Source: Eledone cirrhosa (taxonomy: Eukaryota). Taken from it: a stretch of DNA of 64,000 nt. Shown here piece by piece: positions 1 through 12,886 of this stretch (the stretch's first letter is position 1; each line of letters begins with the position of its first letter). A program made the position numbers and the translations under genes. The stretch is from contig OZ024755.1 of NCBI GenBank assembly GCA_964016885.1, positions 22,134,001-22,198,000 on the forward strand, given 5' to 3'. The notes below the pieces were generated by a model. That model was not told the origin of the DNA. It saw only the letters and a program-made list of their open reading frames with translations, and did no database searches.

Positions 1-593
1 CAATTGCTGAAAGACAGTTACGATTTGCAGGACATTTGATGGAGGAGTAAGCAGGAAGTTATACACAAGTATTAATAGTCAACTTTAATTAACGGAAATT
101 AATTCCCCACAAAGAGGATAATGCTTATTAGTTAATTAATATTCTATAACTACATGGGAGGATCAAAGTACATGGTTAGTCATAAGTAACCAGGCAGTCA
201 ATACATTCTTTATTGCAAGGTTCAGATAACGTTTTGAACATCCGCTTATTTGTGTGTGATCAGCCATGGTTATATTTTTAAAACGACTTTTGTTTGATGT
301 ATTTATAATTTCGTAATGTATAACCAGAATTTTAGTAAATATTATCATTTGAAATATAAATGTTGGACTGCCCGGTTCCTTATGACTCACCATGTAGAGT
401 GAAGTGAAGCTTCTGATGAGCCAACTTCACAAACCAGTTTGGACTGCCGTTTCTATTCCAACAGATTAGAAATTTAAATATAATGAAAAATGAAAATGAA
501 TAATAACCTACTTGATAGTAACAAAATATTGCTTTAAAACTGAATATAAATTTCGTAAAATTATACAATAATTATGCAATAAATATTCCTATA

Positions 594-792
594 TACGAGG
601 ATCGGTTGAAAAGTTCATTGGCTGACTATGAAGGAATGATGCTAGAGCTCTGAAATCTTGCATGCATTAATTTCAACTCTTCCAATTAATAACTGCATTG
701 TTTCTTTTCATAGACTATGTTGAAAAATAAACCTCATTTGGTCAGTCCATGGGAGTATCTTGGTCAGCCTATGAAATTTTCTACTGGCCGTA
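594..792. mobile_element. Mariner-type MITE
   Basis: Degenerate TIRs TACGAGG.TCGGTTGAAAAGTTCAT.GGCTGAC / GTCAGCCTATGAAATTTT; related copies at 2237-3090 and about 42177-42260. Confidence 0.65.
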
Positions 793-1101
793 TTCTGACT
801 TCTGGTAAAACAGAAGAATTTTGGCTATAGAAGAGTTCAATGCAATGTAACGAGAGTAATTGTTTATGAGACTGTTCAATCAGACAGACGATATCGTTAT
901 CAAGTGCCACTCCAAGGCAGACGACGGAGTCTGATATCTGTTTCAATGGATTTACATATATAGTTTAATGATTCATTAGATCATTCAACGCAACAGTTGA
1001 TTCAAGAAAGGATCTTGTTGAAAAGATTATATTAATATGTTCACTTGTTTTTAATTACTGCTCTAAATTTTTGAGTTTAGACCTTTCAGGCACCCGTACA
1101 T

Positions 1102-1519
1102 GGTGGATTGCCAGTATCGGTAGAGGATCGGACGCCATGCTTTGACGCATAGAGTTACGGCCCTTGCCAATCTGAGTTCAAATCCCGCCGAGGTTAACTT
1201 TGCCTTTCATCCTTACGAGGTCGATAAAATAAAGTACCAGTAATGCACTGCGATAATTGCTGGCCTTGTGCCAAAAGTAGAAACCATTATTACGTAAGAG
1301 TTAAATATATATATTTAACTACTTCAACAAAATAATTGTTTCTACTTTTGGCACAAGGCCAGCAATTACCCAGTTCATTACTGGTACTTTACTTTATCGA
1401 CCCCGTAAGGATGAATGGCAAAGTTAACCTCGGCAGGATTTGAACTCAGAATGGCAAGGGCCGTAACTCTATGCGTCAAAGCACGGCGTCCGACCCTCTA
1501 CCGATACTGCCAATCCACA
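1102..1519. mobile_element. Two tRNA-derived SINE (family A) copies, tail-to-tail
   Basis: A-box-like TGGCAGTATCGGTAG, B-box GAGTTCAAATCC, central TTTGCCTTTCATCCTTACGGGGTCGATAAAATAAAGTACCAG, (ATT)n tail; more than 25 copies across the window. Confidence 0.88.
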
Positions 1520-2261
1520 GTGCCTTTTCGTGGGTATTTGAATCGTAAAACTAATTAAAGTCGGATTATTCTATATAACTGTACAGTTGATTTAACAAAG
1601 TGTTGTGAATGTTATAGACGCCATGATGTTTTTATAATTGTTTGAACTTCGTAGCTTGAATTCATTGTTGTTACACTACTAATTTTGCTAACAACTCACC
1701 GTACTATATCGTGAGTTTCTAGATAATAAATTCTATTAGTAATAAGATGAAATGACTGTTTATATCTCCCTAACAGACAGAACCAAAATAAAAAATAACT
1801 AGAACCTTGTAGCAATCACATCTTAAATAAAGCAGACAAACTAGAAAAACAAAAGCAAACCTAATTAGTTTGTCAGTTATTTAAAGTATAATAATTGTTT
1901 CTACTTTTGGCACAAGGCCAGCAATTACCCAGTCTATTACTGGTACTTTATTTTATCAACGCCGTAAGGATGAAAGGCAAAGTTATTTAAAGTATAATAA
2001 TGTTTTCACATACTGGGACTAAATGGTTTCTCTCTTCAGGTTAGTTTTATAGCTTGGGAATTAGAATCTACCTTTTAGTTTATCCAGTGCCGAATATATG
2101 TATAGCTTAGGGACCCACAAAAGCTAAATCCCACACTGAAATCATCTCATTTATAATCTAGCATATTATATATCTTATTATCTTAATTATGGAAGAAGTA
2201 TATTAGTTTAGTTTACTTTAAAACAAATATATATTTAAGGGTCGGTTGAAAAGTTCATAAA

Positions 2262-2915
2262 CTTCTTTTCTTCACCCACTTATTCCTGAGAGGGTCATGG
2301 GGGAAGATTCCTCAAACACTCGCTCCAGCGCGTCCTGACAGAAGCAACCGTCTCCAACTGATCCCCAAGAGTGAGCAACCAAGCTCATCTGATCTGTCTG
2401 GCGATTCATTCCTGAAACATTCTAACCACATGCCCATAGTATCGGAGCTGTAATCTCTCGATTCGGAGAAGTGGTGGCTTTACCTGAAGTGACTCTCTGA
2501 TCCACAAGCTACGCATTTTATTGAATAACGTTACTCCAAAGACCCTTCGGAGGAACCCCCTCTTCTATTCGCGATCATATTCTTTCGGTCATTACCCAAG
2601 ATCCATGACAATAGCTAAGGGTTGGCACGAAAAACGAATCGAAGACAGCGAGTTTGGCTTTTGCGCCTACCTCCCTTCTTCTGATAACTGAATGCTGAAG
2701 CTGGCGCAGTAATGAGCCAGCTTTTGCAATTCTTGCACTTAATTCAGCCTCCTGCGTTCCATCACTCGTGAACATGGCGCCGAGGTACTTGAACTTTTCT
2801 ACCTGCTTCAGTGGAACTCCATTCACATGTAGCGTGCACTGCACAGCTTCCTTGAGAGGACGAGTGTCTCAGTTTTCGCAGCACCGATTTTCATTCCAGC
2901 CATGCAGCACTCGGC
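2262..2915 (-). mobile_element. RTE-like LINE 3' fragment nested in a mariner MITE (2237-3090)
   Basis: ORF 2575-2844 has VEKFKYLG (RT thumb); homologous to 12150-12880; MITE halves on both sides. Confidence 0.8.
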
Positions 2916-3292
2916 TGGCTGACTATCAAAAGGTAATGTAAGAGCTGTGAAATCTTGCATGCATTAATTTCAACTCTTCTTATTAAATAACCGAAATGTT
3001 TCTTTCCAGGGACTATGAAAAATATACCTCATTTGGTAATTCCATGGAAGTATCTTGGTCAGCATATGAACTTTTAAGCCAACTGGCGTATATAATGTGC
3101 GTATATATATATGATGTGTATGTACATATATATATATATATATATATATAAATATATAAGCAAAAGGGATATTTAACCTGTTGGTAATTCAACAAATATA
3201 TGTTTATAACTGATTCGAAGCACTCGACAGATTTCTGGAGTATAATATCAATGATATTAAATAAATGGAAACTATATTTATAAAACCATATT

Positions 3293-3354
3293 TATTCTAT
3301 TATATATATTTCAAGGGTACCAAAAATTTGGTCCCACTCTCATCAGATAAAATA
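3293..3354 (-). ncRNA. Hammerhead motif family A, mirror copy
   Basis: Inverted-repeat counterpart of 3507-3565 with intact CTGATGA/GAAA and a slightly diverged helix II. Confidence 0.62.
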
Positions 3355-3506
3355 CAAAGTTTGTTTTATAAATATTGACATATCCAGGAAGAAGATCTTA
3401 ACGGTTCAAGTTTTTCCTGGATAAGTTTATCAAGTTTTATCCAGGAAAAACTTGAACGGTTAAGATCTTCTTCCTGGATATGTCAATATTTATAAAACAA
3501 ACTTTG

Positions 3507-3565
3507 TATTTTATCTGATGAGAGCGTACCAAAGTGTTGGTACCCTTGAAATATATAATAGAATA
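3507..3565 (+). ncRNA. Minimal type I hammerhead ribozyme motif (family A)
   Basis: TATTTTAT-CTGATGA-GAGcGTACCAA agtg TTGGTACcCTT-GAAA-TATA-TA-ATAGAATA: helix I, core, helix II and a palindromic helix III are all visible. Confidence 0.72.
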
Positions 3566-4143
3566 AATATGGTTATATATATATATATATAATTTAGTAT
3601 ATCTACTAACATATGCGTACAGATGTACGCTAATGCCAGCAAATACACAGGTTATGTCATAGTACCTAGGTGGTTCAATGCAGGAGGATGCAGAACAATA
3701 ATATAAAAGACGTAAAATAAGAAAATTTAAAAAAAAAATTTTTTTTTTAAATTAACTTACTTACTTAAATTTATATATATAATTTTTGAATTTGTTTTGC
3801 AACATTTCTTATCTGAAAACGTGTGTTGAAACAGATATTGTTGTAGTTTGGGAGGGTCATGCTGCCAATGAAAATACACGCACCTTTATTATAAATTTCC
3901 GGTAAGTTAGTTGGTTCGATTACTGCAACACACAAAAACAAGATGGTGTAGGACAGAACAAAAGAGAGACCCAAAATAAAAACCTAGCCACTGAGGAGGT
4001 CACAGAATGTGTGACGAAAGAGCTTTGACAATATATAAACAACCCTCCGGTTATCGAACCAACCAATCAACCGGAAATTTTTAATAAATTGAAGTGAAAA
4101 TAAGCAGGTGCATGTGTTTTTACCCTTAAAATTATATATTATT

Positions 4144-4209
<66 letters not shown>

Positions 4210-4292
4210 AAGGTATATATATTGATTTAGGAACTCAAAATAGTCTCTTACAACAAAATAGCTCTAAGAAAGAGATATTTCCGAGCCGTATA

Positions 4293-4743
4293 TTATAATA
4301 GAATATAAAAGAGAAACGAACACAGATATATACATATATGTGTTCAAATCGTAAGGGACCAGATTCTCTAAGGTGAAAAGAATACTAACTATAGACAATT
4401 GGGTTTACTTGTCTCAATTTAAGAAAAAATCAAGAAAATAAATACAAACCGGAATTGTGGTAACTATCAATCACCCAGACAATTTGTTGTTGTTTCGCAA
4501 TGAGCTTGAATTGGTAATTCTATTCACAATTAACATTGCGAAACAACAAGTTGTCTGGGTGATTGATAGTTACCACAATTCCGGTTTGTATTTATTTTCT
4601 TGATTTATTTTCTTAAATTGAGACAAGCGAACCCAATTGTCTATAGTTAGTATTCTTTTCACCTTAGATAATCTGGTCCCTTACGATTTGAACACATATA
4701 TGTATATATCTGTGTTCGTTTTTCTTTTATATTCTATTATAAT
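4293..4743. repeat. About 450-bp inverted repeat (fold-back element)
   Basis: About 210-bp arms with few mismatches and a roughly 30-bp spacer; ends in (TA)n. Confidence 0.92.
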
Positions 4744-4937
4744 TATATATATATATATATATAGGAACGAGTAGGACCCCGACGGCTGAGCTCAAGCCGT
4801 TTCGACGGCTAATTCTGGACTAATTGAGTCCAGAATTAGCTAATTCTGGACTCAATTAGTCCAAAATTCTGGACTAAGTATTGAGTACTTTGGTGCGTTA
4901 TGGTCCACCTGGTTCCTTACCACATTTCCTTCGTTAT

Positions 4938-4988
<51 letters not shown>

Positions 4989-6694
4989 TGGTACACAAAT
5001 ATACTTTTTTCAACAAGGTAGCTAGTAAAATATTTCGTTACTATTGTTGTATCCCATCGCTCCAGACACTCTCCCTCTCCAAGAAACCGATTCCATTATT
5101 GTGTTCCTTCCTTCCGTGAAATATTTATGTAATTAAGTATCGTATATATTATTTGTATGTATATTTTCATTCTGTAAGAATTATAAACAATCTGTAATGT
5201 TATTTATACAACTGTGAATACGTAAATATATTTGAGGGAATTTACCAATATGCACTCTAACGTCAGCAACCCGTCTGAGGAAGGAACCCCGCGAGGTGGG
5301 ATGGCTGTTGTAGCGGGTGTCTGCGGGAATGCTTTTGCGGTCTTGTCCGCGGGGCGCAGCCCTAATACCGTCGCACACTAAGCCTAGAGCCCCTCCACAC
5401 CCCATTCCCCCTCCACATTCTTCTGTGACCCTAGAGCCCTTTCCTTTCCTTTCCTTTTCCGTTTTCATAACCACAAAAGACACTTGGACAATGTAAAATG
5501 TAATGGAAAATGAATAAACTTAATTAAAGAATTTATGAAACTGCAACAAATGAATCTCTCTATCTTTCTTTCTATCTATCTACCTTTTTCTTCTTTTTTT
5601 TAAACTTTCGTTCTCTCTTTCTTTCGTTTATTGTTGTTTTTAAGTCACACCCATAACATTAAAATGTCGTCTGCATAAAAAAAATAAAAATTGGAATATC
5701 TTACATTTTCAGAACTTTTCTTTGCATCTCCTTTACTCTTAGATTAAAAAAATCAGAGCAATAACCTTAATGAAGTAAAATCTATCGGTTAAACAAATAT
5801 GTTTATTTAAATAAATTCAGGTGTTAAATTTGTGTCAACAGAATTTAGCCCTCGTTTCTGACAACACATATTTATTATTTTTAACAAATCCCGCCGAGGT
5901 TAGCTTTGCCTTTCCTCCTGACGGGGTCGATAAAATAAAGTACCAGTAACAACCTGGCGTCGATTTAATCGACTTTCCCCTCTTCCCCAAAATTGCTGGC
6001 CTTGTACTTAAATCAGAAGCCATTATCAGCGGATTGGTAGTATCAGTAGAGCGTCGGACAACATCATCCGCAGCATAGAGTTACGGGCCTTTACGTTCTG
6101 AGTTCAAATCCTGCCGAGGTTAGCTTTGCCTTTCATCCTTACGGGGGTGGATAAAATAAAGCACCAGTAATTCACCGGGGGTTGATTTAATCGACTTTCT
6201 CCCCTCTTCAAATTTCCGGCTTTGGGCCTGAAGTAGAAACAATTATTATTACAATATTACTTTTGTCACATTTTATATATTACTGCTTATCGTAAATTGA
6301 TCTTTTTAGGCATTTTCATGACTAAATTTTAAAATGTATCTTTGGAAAATTATACAGAATAATTTGAACGGAAGCTTCAAATAAAATAAAATAAATGGTG
6401 ACATATGTTTATATATATTGATATGTAACAAATATATAAGATGAAATAGAAGTACATACATATAATCTATTAACTATTGCTAGGGACCTTATAAATAAAA
6501 TACAAAAATATATAATCAAAGTGGGAGAAAAAAAACAAAAAAGCATCTATTCGAAATAAATTAAATAAAATAAGTTTCTAATTAGTTATGGAATCTTTAA
6601 TTAGTTTGATAATTATACCTGTAATATCCGTGAAAGTCCGTAGTTTTCCGTGGAAGTGTCAATGATGAAACCGAGGCCGTTGCAGCAAGCGAAC

Positions 6695-6844
6695 ATGGCT
6701 CATCACTGTTGTGTACCTATGTGTAAAAATGATGCACGATACGACCAAGATAAAATACTCTCCTTTCACAGCTTTCCAAAAGATGAAAACCTTCGTAAAG
6801 AATGGACGAATAAAATAAAAAGAGACGAAGGACCTCTTTTCCGA
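6695..6844 (+). CDS. THAP-domain protein, coding exon 1
   Basis: ATG at 6695; MAHHCCVPMCKND...SFHSFPKDENLRKEWTNKIKRDEGPLFR matches the THAP N-terminal half (CxVPxC, FP, W); ends at donor CGA|GTAAGA, phase 0. Confidence 0.9.
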
Positions 6845-7588
6845 GTAAGAACTGCCTTAAATGTTTATTTATAAACAATACGATACAGTGCATGTGTAAT
6901 GGTGTATCCATTTCTAATAATTGACAATATATATATATATATTATATAATAATGGTTTGTGGTTTAGGCACAAGGCCAACAATTTTATGGGAGGGGAAAG
7001 TCGATTAAATTGACGCAAGTGTGTTACTGGTACTTCATTGTATCGACTCTGTAAGGATGAAAGGCAATGCTAACCTCAGCAGGATTTGAACTCAGAGCGT
7101 AAAGGGGGAAAAAATCATTGCTTACGTTGCAGACGATTTCATTCGAAAAAAAGAAAAAAAGATAATTATGAGACTTTACTTATTTTGCTAAGATGATTGT
7201 TTATTATCATAGAATTTCCATGTTTCTCCTGCTAAAATCTTATGCTAATTAATTTAAGAAGAACTTTATCTTTCGTGAGTCTTCGAACAAGGAAGCGCTG
7301 TTGCATTCCCAAAATGTAGTAAGAGGTAAAAACTCAAAATTTTACATTTAAAATAAATTTGTTTTTCATTTTTTGCTCTATATTTTAAAAATTTAAATTG
7401 TAGATTTATTTTGTCTGTATTGTTTATTTGTTGTTTTTATCATTATAAATACTGTTAATTGCAATGTGTTAGCCTAGAGACAAACACGTTTACGCACACA
7501 CATAATCAGCAACTTCCTCTTCTATAAACAGTTGTTGACGTTCCTTGTCAGAAATATAAACATAATTCTTTAGTGTATATTTATATAT

Positions 7589-7708
7589 ACAGTGAAATTC
7601 CGTTATAACAAAATTCACAGGGTATAAAAAAATTCGTTATAACGAAAAATTCTTTATAACGAGATTGACCGAAACGAAGAAAAATTCGTCATAACGGAAT
7701 TTTACCTG
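7589..7708. mobile_element. Small pogo/Tigger-like MITE
   Basis: TA|CAG-TGAAATTCCGTTAT...ATAACGGAATTTTACCTG|TA terminal inverted repeats. Confidence 0.68.
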
Positions 7709-8487
7709 TATATATATATTATACATTCCAATTATTCACACAGACACCAAGTAAATATATCACCTGTTGTAATTAATTAGACACAAGTCAACCCTGATTG
7801 AGAAAAAAAACCCTATAATTAAAGGCTGTTTTAACATTTTCTATATCAAGGACTACAGTCTCCAATATACCCTTATTTTTGTTGTTGTTGTTTTAAATAC
7901 TCTAGCGTAATTTAATGGTATGTAGCTGTTATTTCTAGCAAGTGGAACGACCCAATAGAGGTTCGTTCGTCGGTTCCTGTCACATTAAAAACACCGATTG
8001 TCGACTTAACTAAGACAGGGCGGGGATTCTTTAATGATAAAACTACGCGTCTTTAATTATGAAGAAACTGATTCCGACGTTGAAAGCCGCTTTATGGTCA
8101 GAGAAGTAAACAGTGTTGCTTATTGTTGTTGTTGGTGGTGTTGTAAGGAGTTGTGGTAGTTTAGCCGTGAATTTTCAGCAAATTAAGTCCACGGTTTAAT
8201 TTCAATTCTTAGGTGCTTTTTACAAGATATAAACTTCTTAACAACGTAGCAAATCATCATCATCATCATAATCATCGTGGATTAGTAGAATCGGGAGAGC
8301 GTCGGACAAAAAGCTTTGTAGTATTTAGTTACATCCCTTTACGTTCTGAGTTCAAATCCTGCCAAGGTCAGCTTTGCCTTTCATCCTTACAGGGGCGATA
8401 AAATAATGACACCCTCACACACTGGGTGCAATTTAATCGACTTCCCTTTTGACCCCAAATTGCTGACCTTGTGCCTAAATCAGAAAC

Positions 8488-8523
<36 letters not shown>

Positions 8524-8524
<1 letters not shown>

Positions 8525-8853
8525 AGGCATATGGCTTAGTGGTTAGAGCATTGGGCTTGCAATCGAAAGGTTGTGAGTTCAATTCTCAGACTGGGTGATA
8601 TGTTGTTTCCTTGAGCAAGACACTTTATTTTACATTGCTCCAGTTTACTCAGCTGTAGAAATGAGATGATAGAACAGGGGTCCCTATCATTCCACTGCAA
8701 AGTGGACGTGGAGGTGTCATGGAAAAAAAGCAACCAGCACTCACTGTAAATGAGGTTGGTGTTAGGAAGGGCATCCAGCTGTAGAAATCAAGCCAAAATC
8801 AGTTCCCGTCCCATCCTTGTAAGCAGGGAAAAGCGGGCGTAAAATGATGATGA
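8524..8853 (+). mobile_element. tRNA-derived SINE family B
   Basis: TGGCTTAGTGGTTAGAGC A-box, GAGTTCAATTC B-box, CCTTGAGCAAGACACTTTATTT core, (ATG)n tail; relatives at 13020-13346 (-), 27188-27530 (-), 46921-47367 (-), 50140-50385 (+), 59015-59243 (-). Confidence 0.85.
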
Positions 8854-9378
8854 TATATATATTATATATGTATGGCGTCATGCATTTGTACAGAAGACCT
8901 GACTGCCATTGCATACAAACCTACAGTCAGTAGGCACCTCTTAACCCAATGTACACCCTGCCCCCACACCCTAGCCCATCCTCCCTCTCTCGTTCCATCC
9001 ACTGTGTCGATGACACAACAGTCCACGCTGTAAGGTGGCCATGTAGGAGACATGGTGAAAAGGCTCCCAGTCCATACTGTAAATGTGGTTGGTGTTAGGA
9101 AGGGTATACAGCTGTAAAAAAAAACCTGCCAGAGACGCTTCCATGCGAGCGAGACATGGTCTCCCGACCATTCCCGCATCAAATGGAACAAAACTGTCTA
9201 ACCCATGCTAGCGTGGATGATGGACATTAAACGATGATGATGATATATGAGAGAGAGATCAGAATGGAAGCGGTAAAATCTGTTAGACAAATGCTCATGA
9301 GATCTATCTGTTGAAATGGCAGGAGCTCAGCCGTCGGTGTTTCGAATTTTTCATTATATATATATATATATATATATA

Positions 9379-9822
9379 CTAGCCAAATTACCCGCGCCTT
9401 GCTGCGTTTCACACATTTTTTTTGTAAGAAAATGATGATTGATTTTAAATCAGTGATATAATTTATGAAGAAAAACTCTGCATTTCAATATTACTCATTT
9501 AATTTTTGTGTAAAGCATTATTTTATTTGGGCTTCCAAAATTTTCACTATAGGGGGTTTAATATTATTGAAATTTGCTGAAATTTTGTGAATAGGCATCA
9601 TATCTTGTCATTTACCTATGGTTTAAATTTCATATAAATCGAAAGGAAAAAATTTTCAGCAGGCTTTTGTGTCCCATTTTATTAAAATGAAATAGACTTA
9701 TCCAAGCACCCTGGGCAATGTAGTTTCAGAATATATATATAGTTATGGGGGTATATCTCCAAAACCATAGGAGGAGTTCATGAACAAACAAACAGACAGG
9801 AACTACAACTTTATATATATAC
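9379..9822 (-). mobile_element. Non-autonomous Helitron-like element
   Basis: On -: 5' end with CTGT/TTGT microsatellite; 3' end with GC-rich hairpin CGCAGCAAGGCGCG followed by CTAG|T. Confidence 0.62.
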
Positions 9823-10131
9823 ATATATATGGTTTTCACCATATCATATGGTTTATAAATTACTATATCCTATGGCTTACATATGGTATTGTTTGTACCT
9901 TGTCAGTCACATACTTGAACAATTTGTGCACAAATCTGGTTTTATTGAGTAATATTATGGTTTGTTCCCTTCTGAACCCTCTTTGGGATCTCGGGGATAT
10001 ACAATATTTGTGCGTCCATCCCATGCCTTCAAGGACGGGTCACAGGCCCATCACCAGTCTTTTTTAAAAATCTATATTAACCAGACAAAATTAAGAATAA
10101 CAAGTAAATAAATACAATTATTTTGTCTTTT

Positions 10132-10375
10132 TATAGTATATAGTATATTTTGCTTTTTATAGTATATTTATATAAAATATTTTTATAGTATATTTATATA
10201 ATATATTTTTATAGTATATTTATATAATATATTTTTATAGTATATTTATATAATATATTTTTATAGTATGTTTATACAGTATATTTCATATAGTGTATTT
10301 TACAGTATATTTTTATAGCATATTTTTATAGTATATTTATGTAGTATATTTTTATAGTATATTTATACATATATT
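10132..10375. repeat. AT-rich minisatellite
   Basis: Repeated TATATTTTTATAGTATATTTATATAA. Confidence 0.85.
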
Positions 10376-10424
10376 TTGTCTCTTTATACCTGTCATATTT
10401 TCTTATTTTATTCTAACCTTCTAG

Positions 10425-10618
10425 ATTAGAAAGCACACTAAAGTTTGTAGTGCACATTTTAGACCTGATGACTTTAAACGGACCTTGACAGGAAGACGGG
10501 ATCTACGCAAAGGAGCCATTCCCTGCATATTTAGATGGACTATAAAATCCAAAGACAGCCAAAATAACAGTAAATCTACACACAATTTGAAGTCACTGAA
10601 CAATAGGCAGCTAGAAAG
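10425..10618 (+). CDS. THAP-domain protein, coding exon 2
   Basis: Polypyrimidine tract + TAG acceptor; IRKHTKVCSAHFRPDDF...LRKGAIPCIF completes the C2CH finger (CxxHF) and AVPTIF-like box; donor AG|GTAGAA, phase 2. Confidence 0.9.
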
Positions 10619-11499
10619 GTAGAAATATATTTTATTTTAACTTATATTTTCATTCATTATCAAATTGTTATATTCTTCTGTTCAATGCTCTGCAGGGGTT
10701 ACCAACTTTTTTGGCATCATCACTTACTTTCACATGGAAACATTTTCCACCGCCCACCTGTATAGTAAATATTCAAAAGCATATGTTTGGTAAAATTTTG
10801 TTGCTGGGTTCATTATTCCCATTTAGCCTCCTGTTTTTTTATACAGATTCTTTGCATATCTCCTTTGAATATATTTGTTTTCGGGTAGTTTATGTTGAAA
10901 TACCTTCTTAATACTCTAAATCCTATATTGTCCACCAAAATTTCCATCCACCCACCATTTTCTCTTCAGTTGCTCATTGCTCATTGTCTTATCTGCAGTG
11001 ACCTTTACACACTGAGATGTAATAAAGTTTAATTAAGAGTACAGAGATAATTTCATTTAATTAAATAGTGGGAGAATCATTCACAATCATCACCATCATC
11101 GCCGTTTAATGTCTATTTTCCATGCTTGCATGGGTTAGATCGCCTTTTGGTACCATTAATAGAGTTTACTTTATTGTCCAGTTTAACACCATCACCTGGC
11201 ATTGGGCTACCTTTAGTGGAGTCCATTCTATAGAGTGTCCCCAAAAATGTACTTGCATTTTGCTTCCCCATAAGTCATCAGATTGTTTCTAACTCAATAA
11301 ACGATATATTTATTGTCATTTAAAAAGTGTATATATTTTTGGGATCCAGTCTATAACACATTCTGACAGCCGGGGGCTTGTGAGTATCCCTATTCCTGCT
11401 TGTGCAGTTGTTTCCATCCTCCATCCATATCTACAGTATCAGATCCACAAACCCGCGAAGACTAGGCTTATTTAGTGACGGCCATTACTCACCTTGTCG

Positions 11500-12886
11500 T
11501 AGCTACATCACTGGGTTCTGAGAGTTTTCTTGGGAGCTGCAGGTGTCACCCATTGCGGTGACTAATCTCTCGGAGGCTGAGGTCACAAGAGCAGCTAAAG
11601 AATTCAAATGTGGCAAAGCCACTGGGGAAGATGAAATCTGGCCCAAGATGTTAAAAGCCTTAAATAGAGAAGGTATTCTCTGGCTGACTTGCATGTGCCG
11701 GGTGACCTGGATCTCTGGAAGGGAACCCAAACAATGGAAATCGGGAGTGGTAATCCCAATTTTCAAAAAGGGAGACAAGAGAGATTGTTCCAATTACAGT
11801 GGGATCTCCTTGTTAAGCCTTCCCAGTAAAATCTATGCTACGTGGAAGTCTGTGCAGGAGTATGGGATTGATGGTTAGCTTCTTGCTACCCTAGTGTTGC
11901 TATACGAATGCCTGAGTATTTATGTTTAGATAAATGGTGCTAAATCTAAGCCATTCAATGTGTGAGTCGGACTCCACCAAGAATGTGCACTCTTACCACC
12001 TCTCCTGTTCATTATTTACATGAACAGGATAGACATGCACAGCCGGGTTGGAAGTAGTATCATGACTGTAACGTGTAAAATAAGTCAGCTGGAATTTGCA
12101 GACAAGAAGATCTTTGACTTGCATTTGATAGGTTTGATATCGAGTCATGCTTGGCTGGAATGAAAATCAGTGCTGTGAAAACTAAGATACTCGTCCTCTC
12201 AAAGAAGCCTGCACAGTGCACGCTACATGTGGAGTTCCACTGAATCAGGTAGAGAAGTTCAAGGGGCCGTATTCATGAGGGATGGAAGGCAGGAAGCTGA
12301 ATTAAGTGAAAGAATTGCAAAAGTTGGTGGAGTAATGTGCCAGCTTCAGCATTCGGTAATCAGAAGGGAGGTAGGCGCAAAAACCAAACTCGCTATCTTC
12401 AATTCGGTTTTCATGCCAACCCTTACCTATGGTCATGAATCTTGAGCAATGACCAAAAGAATATGATCGCGAATAGAAGCGGCCGAAATGGGATCCCTCT
12501 GAAGGGTCTTTGGTGTAACGTTGCTCAATAAAGTGCGTAGCTCAAAGATCAGAGAGTCACTCTAGTTAGAGCTGCTACTTCTCCGAATTGAGAGATCACA
12601 GCTCCGATACTATGGGCATGTGATTAGAATGTCTCAGGAAAGGATCGCTGGACAGATTTTATGTGCAAAACCAACCAGCAGGAGACCCAAGAGTAGACCC
12701 CCAAGCAAGATGGTTGGATAACATCCATGAGCTTGGCTGGTCACTTTTGGGGATCCAGCTAGATCAGTTGGAGACGGTTGCTTCTGACAGGACCCCCTGG
12801 AAGGAGTGTTTGAGGACTCTGCCCCCACGACCCTCTCAGGAATAAGTGGGTGAAGAAGAAGAAGAAGAAGAAGAAGAAGAAGAAAA
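11500..12886 (+). mobile_element. Decayed RTE-clade LINE (RT region, (GAA)n tail)
   Basis: GKATGEDEI...IPIFKKGDKRDCSNYSGISLLS RT motifs with frameshifts and stops; GAA-repeat tail; many shorter 3' copies (19250-19590, 26390-26690, 33970-34300, 38716-39150, 53730-53890). Confidence 0.88.

Larger units (their letters stand above)
3285..3573. repeat. About 290-bp inverted repeat (fold-back element) in a TA-rich context
   Basis: Arms are near-perfect reverse complements around a short spacer at about 3424-3437. Confidence 0.92.

Noticed and set aside
411-455. CTGATGA hammerhead candidate (also 54642)
   Set aside because: No correctly placed GAAA and helix I; chance match
8524-8600. tRNA gene
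   Set aside because: A/B boxes continue into SINE body and tail, no proper acceptor stem, many dispersed copies
10999-11034. Alternative terminal exon for the THAP gene
   Set aside because: In-frame acceptor but only 11 nondescript codons; the 13825 exon carries the expected HCF-1 motif
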